A stretch of 34,150 nt of DNA from Octopus bimaculoides (GCF_001194135.2 NC_068983.1:2772150-2806299), one strand, 5' to 3'. Shown: positions 1-30,175, counted from the first letter of the stretch. Numbers and translations: made by a program. The notes: generated by a model not told the origin, from the letters alone.

Positions 1-20
1 TATATATATATATATATATC

Positions 21-51
<31 letters not shown>

Positions 52-52
52 G
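1..52. repeat. (TA)n microsatellite
   Basis: Direct. Confidence 0.95.
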
Positions 53-559
53 TAAGGGTCGTCGTGTGTAAGATCTGAAGTGTGCTTGATCAGACTTGTC
101 CTGGCCCTAATCAAGAACAGGAAGTTAAGCACTTTAAAACAAGTACAGTTAAATGGTACAGCGATAATGATGTTCTACAGTCGACTGAAATTAATCTAAT
201 ATCATAGGTGAAAAGGTGGCATTCATCCACTATCGTACTCGCTGCCACGAAACAGATAATATGACTTTGACTTTCAAAGATTTGTTTTGTATTTTAAATT
301 CTTAGCTTCTAATGAAGGGTTTGTTTTGTAATGTTTTTTTTTTCTATTTTACTTGTAACAATTCAGGTGGTTTTGTTTGAAGAGGAGGAACAGCACCCCT
401 GATTTCTTCAGGGATTCCAAATCTAAGGATACGAAATTGTCTTCAGAGTAGAGACCAAGATCGAATGCTTGCAATAAAGTGGGATACTTTCAAAGCGCCA
501 GGTGCTAGTTAATGGCGTTTAACTGGACGATTAAGTTTCTTTTCCAAGAATGCAAATGC

Positions 560-720
560 CCCAAATCCACTATCACACAGTTCTCGTGTAGTAAATTCCA
601 TTAACCAAATACTCATCAACTCCAGGCTATAGCGGAAGATGCGTGCTCAAAATGTTACACTCTCAGGCTGAACGCAAAACACGTCATTGCAAACAGAACG
701 CTTTAACCATAAAGCTATAA
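560..720 (-). mobile_element. SINE family 2 head, strongly decayed
   Basis: CCAAATCCACT...GGCTATAGCGGAAGATGCGTGCTCAA...GGCTGAACGC resembles 11695-11800. Confidence 0.4.
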
Positions 721-1074
721 TTTCTTTTATCTAAATGATATCGCATTTAGTCATTTTGTAATCTTTAGTCATACTTTGACTATCCTGTACATATTAAACA
801 ATCTTTAGTCAAACACTAACTCTCCCCTATAGTTATAACTTTTAATCCCATTTTAACTACCCACTCTACTTCAGCTACACTATCATCATCCGTTGTCATT
901 ACTACACCAACAGTATATAATTGTGGCTTTTAGGATGAACTTTGCCTCCCTCCAAGTTTTGATAAGTACCAGTAAGATATTGAAGCTGACGCATTCATTT
1001 CCCATAACTGTGAGGGACCAACCAAAGCGAGAAAACTTAATTAGCTTGTCTTGATTTTGTAGTAATTAATAATA

Positions 1075-1290
1075 CTTTCTGATGTAGGCACAATGCCTAA
1101 ATTTTGTAGTGGTGGGGAGGGGATAGTCGATGACATCGACCGCAGTGCTTGGTTACTTCTTATTTCATCGACTCCAAAAGGACGAAAGGCAAGATCGCCC
1201 TCGGCTGAATTTGAACTCAGAACGTAAACATGGACGAAACACTGCTGAGTATTTCGTCCAGAGTGCAAACGGTTTTGCCAACTCGTCGTC
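1075..1290 (-). mobile_element. SINE family 1 copy (diverged)
   Basis: Aligns by eye to 24181-24390. Confidence 0.75.
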
Positions 1291-1324
1291 TTTTTGTAGT
1301 AACTGGTTCCGAAATTCGGCACAA

Positions 1325-1475
1325 GGCCAGCAGTTTCGGAGCAGGAGGGCGGTATGTCGATTAAAACTGGTTCTTATTTTATCGACCCCGAAAAGATGAA
1401 AGGCAAAGTAGACCCTGGCGACATTTGAACTCAGAGCATAATGTCGGAAGAAATGCCGCTAAGCATTTTGCTGGA
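1325..1475 (-). mobile_element. SINE family 1 partial copy
   Basis: TTATTTTATCGACCCCGAAAAGATGAAAGGCAAAGT...TTTGAACTCAGA shared with 24181-24390. Confidence 0.7.
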
Positions 1476-2593
1476 GCATCTTGAATGGCTTCAGTCGAAA
1501 ACAATCAAGCTCGGTACTTCTTTTTAAATCGTCGTAATTATGGTTTCGTTTCTTTTAGGCTGAACCGCTAAGTTACGAGACGTGAACAAAGCAGCATCGG
1601 TTTCCATGCGGTGAGGGAAGAAACACCCAGATAAAGACACATTATATATGCGTACATACAATAATACTAAAGAAATCATTATTATTATAAATCGGCATTT
1701 TTCAAATGTTTTTTCACCACACCCCTGCAAATGATGGGGGAAGCTTTCAATGAAAAGAAATGTTTTAAAATTTNNNNNNNNNNNNNNNNNNNNNNNNNNN
1801 NNNNNNNNNNNNNNNNNNNNNNNNNNNNNNNNNNNNNNNNNNNNNNNNNNNNNNNNNNNNNNNNNNNNNNNNNNNNNNNNNNNNNNNNNNNNNNNNNNNN
1901 NNNNNNNNNNNNNNNNNNNNNNNNNNNNNNNNNNNNNNNNNNNNNNNNNNNNNNNNNNNNNNNNNNNNNNNNNNNNNNNNNNNNNNNNNNNNNNNNNNNN
2001 NNNNNNNNNNNNNNNNNNNNNNNNNNNNNNNNNNNNNNNNNNNNNNNNNNNNNNNNNNNNNNNNNNNNNNNNNNNNNNNNNNNNNNNNNNNNNNNNNNNN
2101 NNNNNNNNNNNNNNNNNNNNNNNNNNNNNNNNNNNNNNNNNNNNNNNNNNNNNNNNNNNNNNNNNNNNNNNNNNNNNNNNNNNNNNNNNNNNNNNNNNNN
2201 NNNNNNNNNNNNNNNNNNNNNNNNNNNNNNNNNNNNNNNNNNNNNNNNNNNNNNNNNNNNNNNNNNNNNNNNNNNNNNNNNNNNNNNNNNNNNNNNNNNN
2301 NNNNNNNNNNNNNNNNNNNNNNNNNNNNNNNNNNNNNNNNNNNNNNNNNNNNNNNNNNNNNNNNNNNNNNNNNNNNNNNNNNNNNNNNNNNNNNNNNNNN
2401 NNNNNNNNNNNNNNNNNNNNNNNNNNNNNNNNNNNNNNNNNNNNNNNNNNNNNNNNNNNNNNNNNNNNNNNNNNNNNNNNNNNNNNNNNNNNNNNNNNNN
2501 NNNNNNNNNNNNNNNNNNNNNNNNNNNNNNNNNNNNNNNNNNNNNNNNNNNNNNNNNNNNNNNNNNNNNGAAAAATGAAAGAAGTAAACAAAC

Positions 2594-2595
<2 letters not shown>

Positions 2596-2639
<44 letters not shown>
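2596..2639. repeat. (GA)n microsatellite
   Basis: Direct. Confidence 0.95.
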
Positions 2640-2642
<3 letters not shown>

Positions 2643-3984
2643 TTTCTGTTGCTGTCATATATTTTGAAGTTTGAAAATTAAGTGGAAATTTTCAAATTTG
2701 GCATATTGATGTACGTTTTCACGCTGAATCGGATTTTGTGGTTCATTTATTCTAGAAAAAAAATTTTGTAATGTTACAGACGTTTAACGTTTGATCATTT
2801 TTACTCACTCAAAGAACAGGATTTGTGCGTAACACTTGTATAGCATAAATGAAAGTAAACGTTAGAAGACGACGTCTTAAACAAAATGAAAGCTATTGCA
2901 TATCACTGGAGGAGAGACAGGGGCGGAGAGCAGCGTCCGAGAGAGATAATACATATACAAAGAGAGAGTGGCAAAGACTGTTGTAAATATATATAGAGAG
3001 GGGAATGTATAAAAGGGTGAGAGCTTGGGTGAGAGGTAGAGAGTGGACGATTTGTTAATCTAAAAGTTATTTCACGAAGCAAATTATTATTGATATGCCT
3101 AGGTTCTATCGAATCCTTATAACGAAGATATATCTATAACCATGCACAAACACACGTATATATATATATATNNNNNNNNNNNNNNNNNNNNNNNNNNNNN
3201 NNNNNNNNNNNNNNNNNNNNNNNNNNNNNNNNNNNNNNNNNNNNNNNNNNNNNNNNNNNNNNNNNNNNNNNNNNNNNNNNNNNNNNNNNNNNNNNNNNNN
3301 NNNNNNNNNNNNNNNNNNNNNNNNNNNNNNNNNNNNNNNNNNNNNNNNNNNNNNNNNNNNNNNNNNNNNNNNNNNNNNNNNNNNNNNNNNNNNNNNNNNN
3401 NNNNNNNNNNNNNNNNNNNNNNNNNNNNNNNNNNNNNNNNNNNNNNNNNNNNNNNNNNNNNNNNNNNNNNNNNNNNNNNNNNNNNNNNNNNNNNNNNNNN
3501 NNNNNNNNATATATAAAGTAGCGGTGTGGTTTACGTGTGAGCTACTTCAAGTTTCACGCTCGAATAATGCAGTCTTCCAGTGGGCTTATTTAGCTTACAG
3601 TGAATAATCCAGCAATTGTTCGGGCTTAGAAAACTTTAACACTGCGAATGGAAATGCGAAATAAAACGACAAGGAATTACGAGGTACGAGGTCGAAAAAA
3701 AAGAACAAGAAAACATTAATCAAAGATTTTTATAAGATGTGCGAGCCTTGACAGGTTTCTGATATCGAACTGGAAGATGCCCCCTTCATAGAATTATACA
3801 TAAACTTTAGACTTTTCTCGTTCGACTACCTCCACTAGATTTTGAATTTTTTTAAAATAAACATTTCAAATTAGTGATATTCATTTAATCAATTAAAACA
3901 GTGGTTCTCACCTGGGTTCAATATGGCCCTTCAGGGTCCATATAAGATTTTTTAGGGTCCACGCAATAGTGAATTGGATAATGC

Positions 3985-4150
3985 AGTTCTATATTTATGT
4001 GATGAGGAATTATGAACATTATTTACATTATTTACATTTGATGGATATTTGTCCTCTTCGGCTGATATATCCTCCAGCCTTTATCAGGTTTCTTGGGGAA
4101 ATTTTGAATCTGGGTTCTCATTCCTAAGGTATTTTTCGATGTTGTTATTA
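3985..4150 (-). mobile_element. Hammerhead-containing repeat body, copy 1 (Penelope pLTR/retrozyme-like, decayed)
   Basis: Minus strand reads ...CCCCAAGAAAC CTGATAA A GGCTG gaggatatat CAGCC GAA|GAGGACAAATATCCATCAAATGTAAATAATGTAAAT; homologous to 4739-4880 but with a 25-nt deletion after GAA. Confidence 0.7.
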
Positions 4151-4345
4151 TCACCTCCACCAAGGAAGGAGGTTATGTTTTCAACGGCGTTGGTTTGTCC
4201 GTGTGTCCCTCTGTCTGTGTGCGAAATAACTCAAAAGTTTTGAACAGTATTTGATGAATCTTGCAGATGATGAAATTTTGGTAGTGATCCGGTGAGAATT
4301 TTTATGATTATCTCCCTTGAAAACACGTTCATCGTTTCCACGTAA
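4148..4345 (+). mobile_element. Non-autonomous element resembling Helentron-associated (HINE-type) repeats
   Basis: Starts TTATCACCTCCACCAAGGAAGGAGGTTATGTTTTC, has GT-rich tract and TTATCTCCCTTG; the last motif recurs at about 12166-12177. Classification is from recall only. Confidence 0.35.
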
Positions 4346-4609
4346 CCTATGGTGGCGTTGCTGTTTCCAAAGTTTATTTTCGTCGATCTATTAGTAAGTT
4401 TAGTCGCGTATCTATCTTAACACTCAAGTTTTAGGTAGTTGTTGTTTCATTTTAGTTGTATGGTGAAACTAGCTTGCTGTTGTCATTGATGTATTATAAC
4501 TGCTTCAGATGATTACTGTTTTTAAAGGGGTTTTTTTAATCGTATGGCTGTGTTATTTTTTTTTTTTTTTTTACAGTGGTGGTTTGGGACAATTTTCAGC
4601 ATGCGTGTA

Positions 4610-4685
4610 TATGGGTGGAAATTGAACTCGGAATTTTGGGGTTAGTAGTCTGTGCTCTTAACCACTACGCCATATGCCCGTGGGC
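4610..4685 (-). mobile_element. tRNA-derived SINE-type head (Pol III A and B boxes)
   Basis: Minus strand GGGCATA TGGCGTAGTGG TTAAGAGC...GAGTTCAATTTCC; A box 4672-4662, B box about 4627-4619; no complete cloverleaf. Confidence 0.7.
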
Positions 4686-4738
4686 AATTATGGAGTGAAT
4701 TTTAGGGCTTATAAATCTATTATTTTCCTATCTTTTCT

Positions 4739-4880
4739 TAATACCTTAATACCGGGTTCGAAATTTCCCCAAGACACTTGATGAAGGCTGGAGGGTATAT
4801 CAGCCGAAACGTTGTATTAACAACAAACAAGATGAGGACAAATATCCGTCAAATGTAAATAATGTAAATAATGTAAATAG
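4739..4880 (+). mobile_element. Hammerhead-containing repeat body, copy 2
   Basis: Inverted homologue of 3985-4150; ends in tandem AATGTAAAT units (about 4851-4879). Confidence 0.7.
4773..4818 (+). ncRNA. Minimal type I hammerhead ribozyme motif (degenerate: C3>T, one stem I mismatch)
   Basis: Stem I GACAC 4773-4777 / GTATT 4814-4818; core TTGATGA 4778-4784; extra A; stem II GGCTG 4786-4790 / CAGCC 4801-4805; GAAA 4806-4809; palindromic AACGTT in place of stem III; UH = TT 4812-4813. Confidence 0.6.
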
Positions 4881-5274
4881 AGTAAATTTTGTATCTTCAA
4901 TAGTTTTTTGAGAGCCCCTAAAAATGTTTTTTTTTAATGGCCCTCAGTTGTATGTTTTAGGGGTATATATTGGTATTCATTTCAAGAAACTATGTTTCTT
5001 TCTCCAAACATTTTACATAGTTCAACCTACACAAGTTGATATGTGAAAAACAAAATAGAAACTGTGAGAAAAGCATCTATAAAACTAGTTTTTAAACACC
5101 GAATAGCTATGGGGGTCCATCAGTATAAAACGGTAATCAAGGGGTAAGGGTTCCATACATGTAAAAATGGTTGAGAACCCTTGAGTTAAAGGGACGTAAA
5201 CTTTATTCTCATTTCTTTTACTTTTTCTTTTCGCTTTTTCTTGCAATTCCTCAAATAGTAACCATCTTTTTTTT

Positions 5275-5474
5275 TCCCCTTTTACTTGTTTCAATCATTT
5301 GTCTTCGGCCATGCTGGAGCACCGCGTTTAGTTGAGTAAATCGACATCAGGTGTTATTCTTTGTAAGCCTAGTTCTTATTCTATCGGTCTCTTTTGCCGA
5401 ACCGCTAAGCTACGGGAACGTAAACACACCACCATCGGTTGTCAAATGATGGTGGGGGAACAAACACAGACACA

Positions 5475-5515
<41 letters not shown>
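5275..5515 (-). mobile_element. SINE family 2, 3' half
   Basis: CTATCGGTCTCTTTTGCCGAACCGCTAAG...TAAACACACC...(CA)n; head absent. Confidence 0.75.
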
Positions 5516-5523
<8 letters not shown>

Positions 5524-5524
5524 T

Positions 5525-6060
5525 ATGATGGAGAAATTGAAAACCGAGGATGTGGTTTCCTACATACAAGAGAATGGTGTTATCCCTAAAAGGAAGTTAT
5601 GATAAAAAGACACTCAGTTTTGTGTTGAAGAACTGGGGATGAGCCTCTGTACAGTTGTTGATTACAACAGCTATGTTCGTGAAATATGTACAGACAAGTT
5701 GCTTCACAACTCAGTTCAAATAGGTGGGCATGGAAAATTTGTAGAGATAGACAAAACGGTCTTCTCAAAAGATAAATAGAACCAATGAACGATTCTATCT
5801 GAGTAGTGTGTTTTTAGAGGACAGTGTCGCAATATCAGATGTTTTTCTTTATGCGGCGCCATGTCGGAATCGTAACACACTAGAGGAATGCATCCGTCAG
5901 TCGGTTCTTCCAGGAACCACAGTTTTCAGTGATTTGTTGAAGTCTCACATTCCTCAAATTAACGATTCTAATTTTCGACACAGAACAGTGAATCACTGCG
6001 TTGAGTTTATCAACTTGAAAGATGATACCCACACGCAACAAGTGGAAAGCACGTAGCCTC
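5525..6060 (+). pseudogene. Merlin (ISXO2/IS1595-like) DDE transposase remnant
   Basis: QIGGHGKFVEID...TLEECIRQSVLPGTTVFSD...HRTVNHCVEFINLKDDTHTQQVES; catalytic D, D, E contexts recognisable; stop codons and frameshift present. Confidence 0.8.
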
Positions 6061-7473
6061 TGAATTTTCGCTACAGACTACGTATTGTAATTTTTCGCAA
6101 AAGATTTTCATTAAGAATCGTTTACATGCCACTTTCGATATTTCACAATACTTTATTCACTAAAACTTATTAAAATTTCCGTCGTTGTAAAGCTGTCATC
6201 ACGCACAAAATGCCAGCTTCAAATCCTGTTCTGTTTTCTCATTGGGTAAAAATAATCAAACTTTATGTTTCTGTAATAGTTTTCAAATAGCATTCTGAAA
6301 CAAGGGAATAACGACATCAGACTCAGCGTGAACATTTTTACTTAATTTTAGAATTTCAAAAACGCTGAGCGAAACAGAAGAGACCCTATTAGACAAAGTG
6401 AATACGTGCATGTTTATGTATAAAATACAAATTTCCATCAGTTTCATTAAATATAATAAATCAAAAGTTCATTGAATCACTTACCTTGAAAACAAAACAG
6501 ACAAGAAATCATTTAACAACGTGAAGTTAGGTGCAGTTATTGCGCGAATTAGTGCAAGCAGACGATTTGTGTGACAAAGTGACAAGACATATTGCAAGAA
6601 TGTGCAGTAACATGCATTTACTGTCCTGGTTTAGTTAGTGTTAACACGTTTTATGCAAGCAACATTAAAATGTTGACTAGAAATAAGTATGCGATAAGTA
6701 AAGGATTTAGATAATAGGGGAAAATAAGCATCAGAGGTGCTTTGTATCAATCAGAAACTGCGGGAGATATTCAGAGGTTTTACGAGTTCTTCTAAATCTG
6801 TCACAATACTGGAGACCCTTCCATATTATTAGCAGGGTTTTCAAGGTAACAAGCGTTTCGCCCCTTAGCCTGTATACTTCAACTGAGTGGAGCAGCGAGG
6901 ACGGAGCTAGTGTTTACCTACGGAAGGGCACCACTTGCTGCCTATTACCAACCCTAACCACCCAGCCTGAGCCAGTCTCAGTTGTCGTACCTATTTCCTC
7001 GATCGAGTTCTTCAGTTGTCAGATAGGTTCCAGACTTATCTTCTGCAGGAAATAGCGCACTCATCTCGATGCAAAGCCGTAGTAGCCGACTTCGATGGGG
7101 AATGAGGCCGCCTGCTATCCTTTGACAAGGTTCTATATTATTAACCAGATCGAATTTATTTTTAACCCTTCCAGTGCCGGGAATATAAGTACCACCAATT
7201 GTAAACCTCATATTTATAGGGGCTTTAAGTGGTTCAGCCGTAACTCTTAAACTTGCTTTAACATGATAATCGCAATTTAACATTTACAGCAAGTACCACC
7301 AGATTACTGGGGGAAAACAGTCTAGCTTTCCCTATAAACATTAACTCTTTTGCTTTTATTAGCAAGCATTTTAATCAACAAATATTTAAACAAACTTGTA
7401 AGACAACACTATAAATTAGAAAATTACTGTTTGTAAATCTCGCAACGAGAGATATTCAGCAGCAGTACTTTGT

Positions 7474-7715
7474 AGTAAAGATTGTTTGCCAACATAACAT
7501 GGCAGTCCTGGTTTAGGATGAATGTTGCTGTAATTTAGCCCCAGGAGACATCGTCTTCAGCTGGCTATACGACACGATCTGTCCTTATATTTTCGAACAA
7601 GGGAACACAGATCGTGTCGTATAACCAGCTGATGACGATGTCTCCTGGGGCTAAATTACAGCAACATTCGTCCTAAACCAAGACTGCTATATTATGTTGG
7701 CAAATAATCTTTACT
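7474..7715. repeat. Long foldback (palindromic) element, copy 1
   Basis: 109-nt arms 7474-7582 and 7607-7715, 7 mismatches by hand alignment, 24-nt loop; homology to 18430-18760 extends left to about 7420. Confidence 0.9.
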
Positions 7716-7972
7716 CCAACTCTATAAATGTTTCAGTATTATTATGACCTCATCAGAAATGCAGGGACATTAACGCACTTATCGAAGTAGAGTTCAGAGA
7801 ATGAGATAGTTGTTTAGTGGCTGATAGAGGAACACAGGAATGTTTTAAAAATTCAGTCATTCGAAGGTAAATTTTAAAATAACAAGATTTCGTATGGCTC
7901 CACACGTCACTCCTTTCCACACATCTTCCCTCCCCATCCAATGTTAGAATCGAGATTGTTTACACTCCGTGT

Positions 7973-7987
7973 AATAATAATAATAAT

Positions 7988-8071
<84 letters not shown>
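7973..8071. repeat. Compound (AAT)n(CAT)n microsatellite running into a gap
   Basis: Direct. Confidence 0.95.
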
Positions 8072-8301
8072 NNNNNNNNNNNNNNNNNNNNNNNNNNNNN
8101 NNNNNNNNNNNNNNNNNNNNNNNNNNNNNNNNNNNNNNNNNNNNNNNNNNNNNNNNNNNNNNNNNNNNNNNNNNNNNNNNNNNNNNNNNNNNNNNNNNNN
8201 NNNNNNNNNNNNNNNNNNNNNNNNNNNNNNNNNNNNNNNNNNNNNNNNNNNNNNNNNNNNNNNNNNNNNNNNNNNNNNNNNNNNNNNNNNNNNNNNNNNN
8301 N

Positions 8302-8340
<39 letters not shown>

Positions 8341-8504
8341 GTATGTATAATGACTGAGTGTGTAAAGACATACAAATACATACATGCATACATGTATTGT
8401 ATGTGCGTGTGTGTGTATGTGTGTTTGAAACTTTGTTTGTCCCCCACCACCACCTGGTGGTTATATCCCTGTAATTTAGCGGTACGGGAAATATATTAGA
8501 TCGG

Positions 8505-9120
8505 AAGATGCAGCACAAATCCGAATAGGGGTGGGAAGTGATGAAACCAAGGAGTATGTAAAGGAGTACCTCTACTTAAGGCTCACAGTGGATATACGTC
8601 GAGATATGGATGCTGAAATCCGAAAGGGAATAAGGGCAGAATGGGAGGTGTTTAACTCAATAAAGGGTATGCTCTAATCAAAGCTAGACAATGCAACGCG
8701 TGCCAGACTCTTCAACAGCATGGGTCTACCTGCGCTCGTATATGCAAGTGAAACGTGGGCTACTACGACGAGGACAGGACATTGATTGGATACGACGGAA
8801 AGAGCCATGTGGGGTTCCATGCTAGGAATATCATCGCGAGAACAAATTTGCAATGAAATAATTGGAGAACGGTGCGGAGTGAACGATGCGATCGTCAAGT
8901 ACTGAAAGAACGAGTTCCGCTGGGCCGGAGGTGTCGCAATGCTCACATATAACAGGTAGACCCGTGCAGTTACCAAATGGTGTTCAAGAGACCCGGGAAG
9001 ACTATTTGGAAGGCCTCTACAGCGATAGAAAGGCGATTTTTGGTCTAGTAATTTGGGTCATAATGGCGGTAGTATTTAAGTTGGAAACATACCAAATGGG
9101 TGGAGAATAGGTGGAGTGCA
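8505..9120 (+). pseudogene. RTE-clade LINE ORF2 3' fragment
   Basis: Translates with stops as VKEYLYL...EIRKGIRAEWEVF...RARLFNS.GLPALVYASETWA...TERAMWGSMLG.S.R..I.NE.I..R.GV.D....K.EFRWAG.VA...GRP. Confidence 0.8.
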
Positions 9121-9187
9121 GTTAGTTGCATGCAGAGACATGGGACGTGTACAGAAACAATGACAATAGCAATAGGAACAAATATTA

Positions 9188-9193
9188 TTTAAT
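9188..9193 (-). terminator. Candidate polyadenylation signal ATTAAA for the SLC17 gene
   Basis: Variant hexamer about 150 nt past the stop codon; AT-rich context makes chance occurrence likely. Confidence 0.2.
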
Positions 9194-9344
9194 TTTAGCT
9201 TTGCAAAACTTAGAATCAGGAATAAAAACTATTGAAGAAAATTGCTTAAAATCAAAGCATGCTGATGAGAAGGGTGAGAAGGCGGGAAAGATAGAGCGGA
9301 ACGTGAGGTATGCATGGTGAGACGATGGCTAAAACAGCAAACTT

Positions 9345-28862
<19,518 letters not shown>

Positions 28863-29080
28863 TTTCGATTCTATTCAATTATTTACTAAAATAAATCAGA
28901 AAAAAAACATAAATAATTAAAATGTAAAATCAATACGTTAGAAATGTTATCATTTCTCATTAATAACTTTCTTTCGTGGTTAGTTACATCTAATTAAATC
29001 CAAGTCAATTAAATGGTATATAGATCATGTAAGTACAGGCTAATGAGAAATGTCAAAGAAGAAAACAAGCTTCAAATATT

Positions 29081-29275
29081 GGCACAATGCCAGCAATTTG
29101 GGAGGAGGGGAGGTAAGTCTATCCCATCGACCCCAGTACATGACTGAGACCAATTTTATCGACCCTCAAAGGTAAAGTCGACCTTAGTGGAATTTGAAAT
29201 CGGAACGTAATGGCGGACTAAAATACTGCTAAGCATATTTCCCGGCGTGCAACCTATTCTGCCAGCTCTTCGCCC
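29081..29275 (-). mobile_element. SINE family 1 copy (diverged)
   Basis: ATCGACCCCAGTAC...TTTTATCGACCC...AAAGTCGACCT...GCTAAGCAT...ATTCTGCCAGCTC. Confidence 0.7.
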
Positions 29276-29399
29276 AGCACAAAATATCGTTATTCAGACT
29301 TAGGTTGAAGCAAAGATCTTTGAAGAAACATCTTTCATAAAACTTTTCTTTTCAAATCAGGATGATGCTACTGCAGACAAAGAATGCCACAGTTCTTGG

Positions 29400-29835
29400 T
29401 TAAAGTGTCTTGGATTTCTCTGAGACGTGGTTCTCCTAGAATGTTGTCAAGATATTTCTGACATCGCTTTTCTTATCATACCTAGGGTACCCGCAATAAC
29501 AGGAACATTTCACGTTTTAAGATGCCACATCATTTGTATTTCAATTTCCAGGTCCTATTATTTACTTAATTTGTCAAATTCCTTTACAGATATATTTTTA
29601 TCAGTGGGAAGACTTACATCTAGTAGTCTACAAGTATTGTATCCTTAATGACTATGTCTGGTCAATTAGCCTGGATCGTTCTGTCGGTGTTGACTGGAAA
29701 ATCCCAGAGGATAGTGGCATCTTTAACTTCAACGACTGGCTCAGGATGATGTTCATACCTGTAAGCAGGTGTGCCAATTTTGTAATGTTCAATGTCCTTC
29801 TATGTTATCTCTGTCATATCTCAGCTCCTCGTTGC
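29400..29835 (-). pseudogene. RLE-type LINE 3' fragment D2
   Basis: YEHHPEPVVEVKDATILWDFPVNTDRTIQAN*PDIVIK...DVSLPTDKNISVKEFDKLSK..DLEIEIQMMWHLK. Confidence 0.8.
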
Positions 29836-29849
29836 AGTTTCGAGACACA

Positions 29850-30080
29850 ACAGTTTTCTCGACAATTGTACTTTCTGCAGTATTCTTCCAGTGTTGTCTT
29901 GTAGTTTCAACTTCTCATGCCAGGTGTTTGTGTTCCTTTGAGATGCTTCCAAATGCACCAAACACGATGGCTGTCAAACTCACTTTTAAGATTCTATGGT
30001 TATACGCTCCACTTCGAATGATAGCTCTTCATAACTTTCGATTTTCTCATTCTTTGCCTTCACACTCTTCCCATCTGCAT
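29850..30080 (-). pseudogene. RLE-type LINE extreme 3' fragment D1
   Basis: KAKNEKIESYEELSFEVERI...KVSLTAIVFGAFGSISK; 5' end abuts (GGT)n(AGT)n. Confidence 0.6.
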
Positions 30081-30081
30081 T

Positions 30082-30109
30082 TACTACCACCACCACCACC
30101 ACCACCCCG

Positions 30110-30175
<66 letters not shown>

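Larger units (their letters stand above)
3899..5183. mobile_element. hAT/Charlie-like MITE split by nested insertions
   Basis: Left TIR CAGTGGTTCTCA at 3899; right TIR GGTTGAGAACCCTTG ending 5183; 8-bp flanks AATTAAAA / AGTTAAAG (6/8 match). Confidence 0.5.

Noticed and set aside
1524-2681. Long ORFs spanning N-runs (also 3142-3516, 7907-8518, 12814-14055, 20005-20723, 29769-30398)
   Set aside because: They stay open only because Ns translate as X.
4610-4685. Functional tRNA gene (also SINE heads at 15940, 24390, 10540)
   Set aside because: A and B boxes are present but acceptor and anticodon stems do not close; all run into SINE bodies.
5525-6060. Bacterial IS1595 element implying contamination or recent horizontal transfer
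   Set aside because: It is degraded and embedded among eukaryotic SINEs and microsatellites; eukaryotic Merlin elements explain it.
7715-7765. Minus-strand CTGATGA...GAAA as another hammerhead
   Set aside because: No convincing stem I, II or III pairing.
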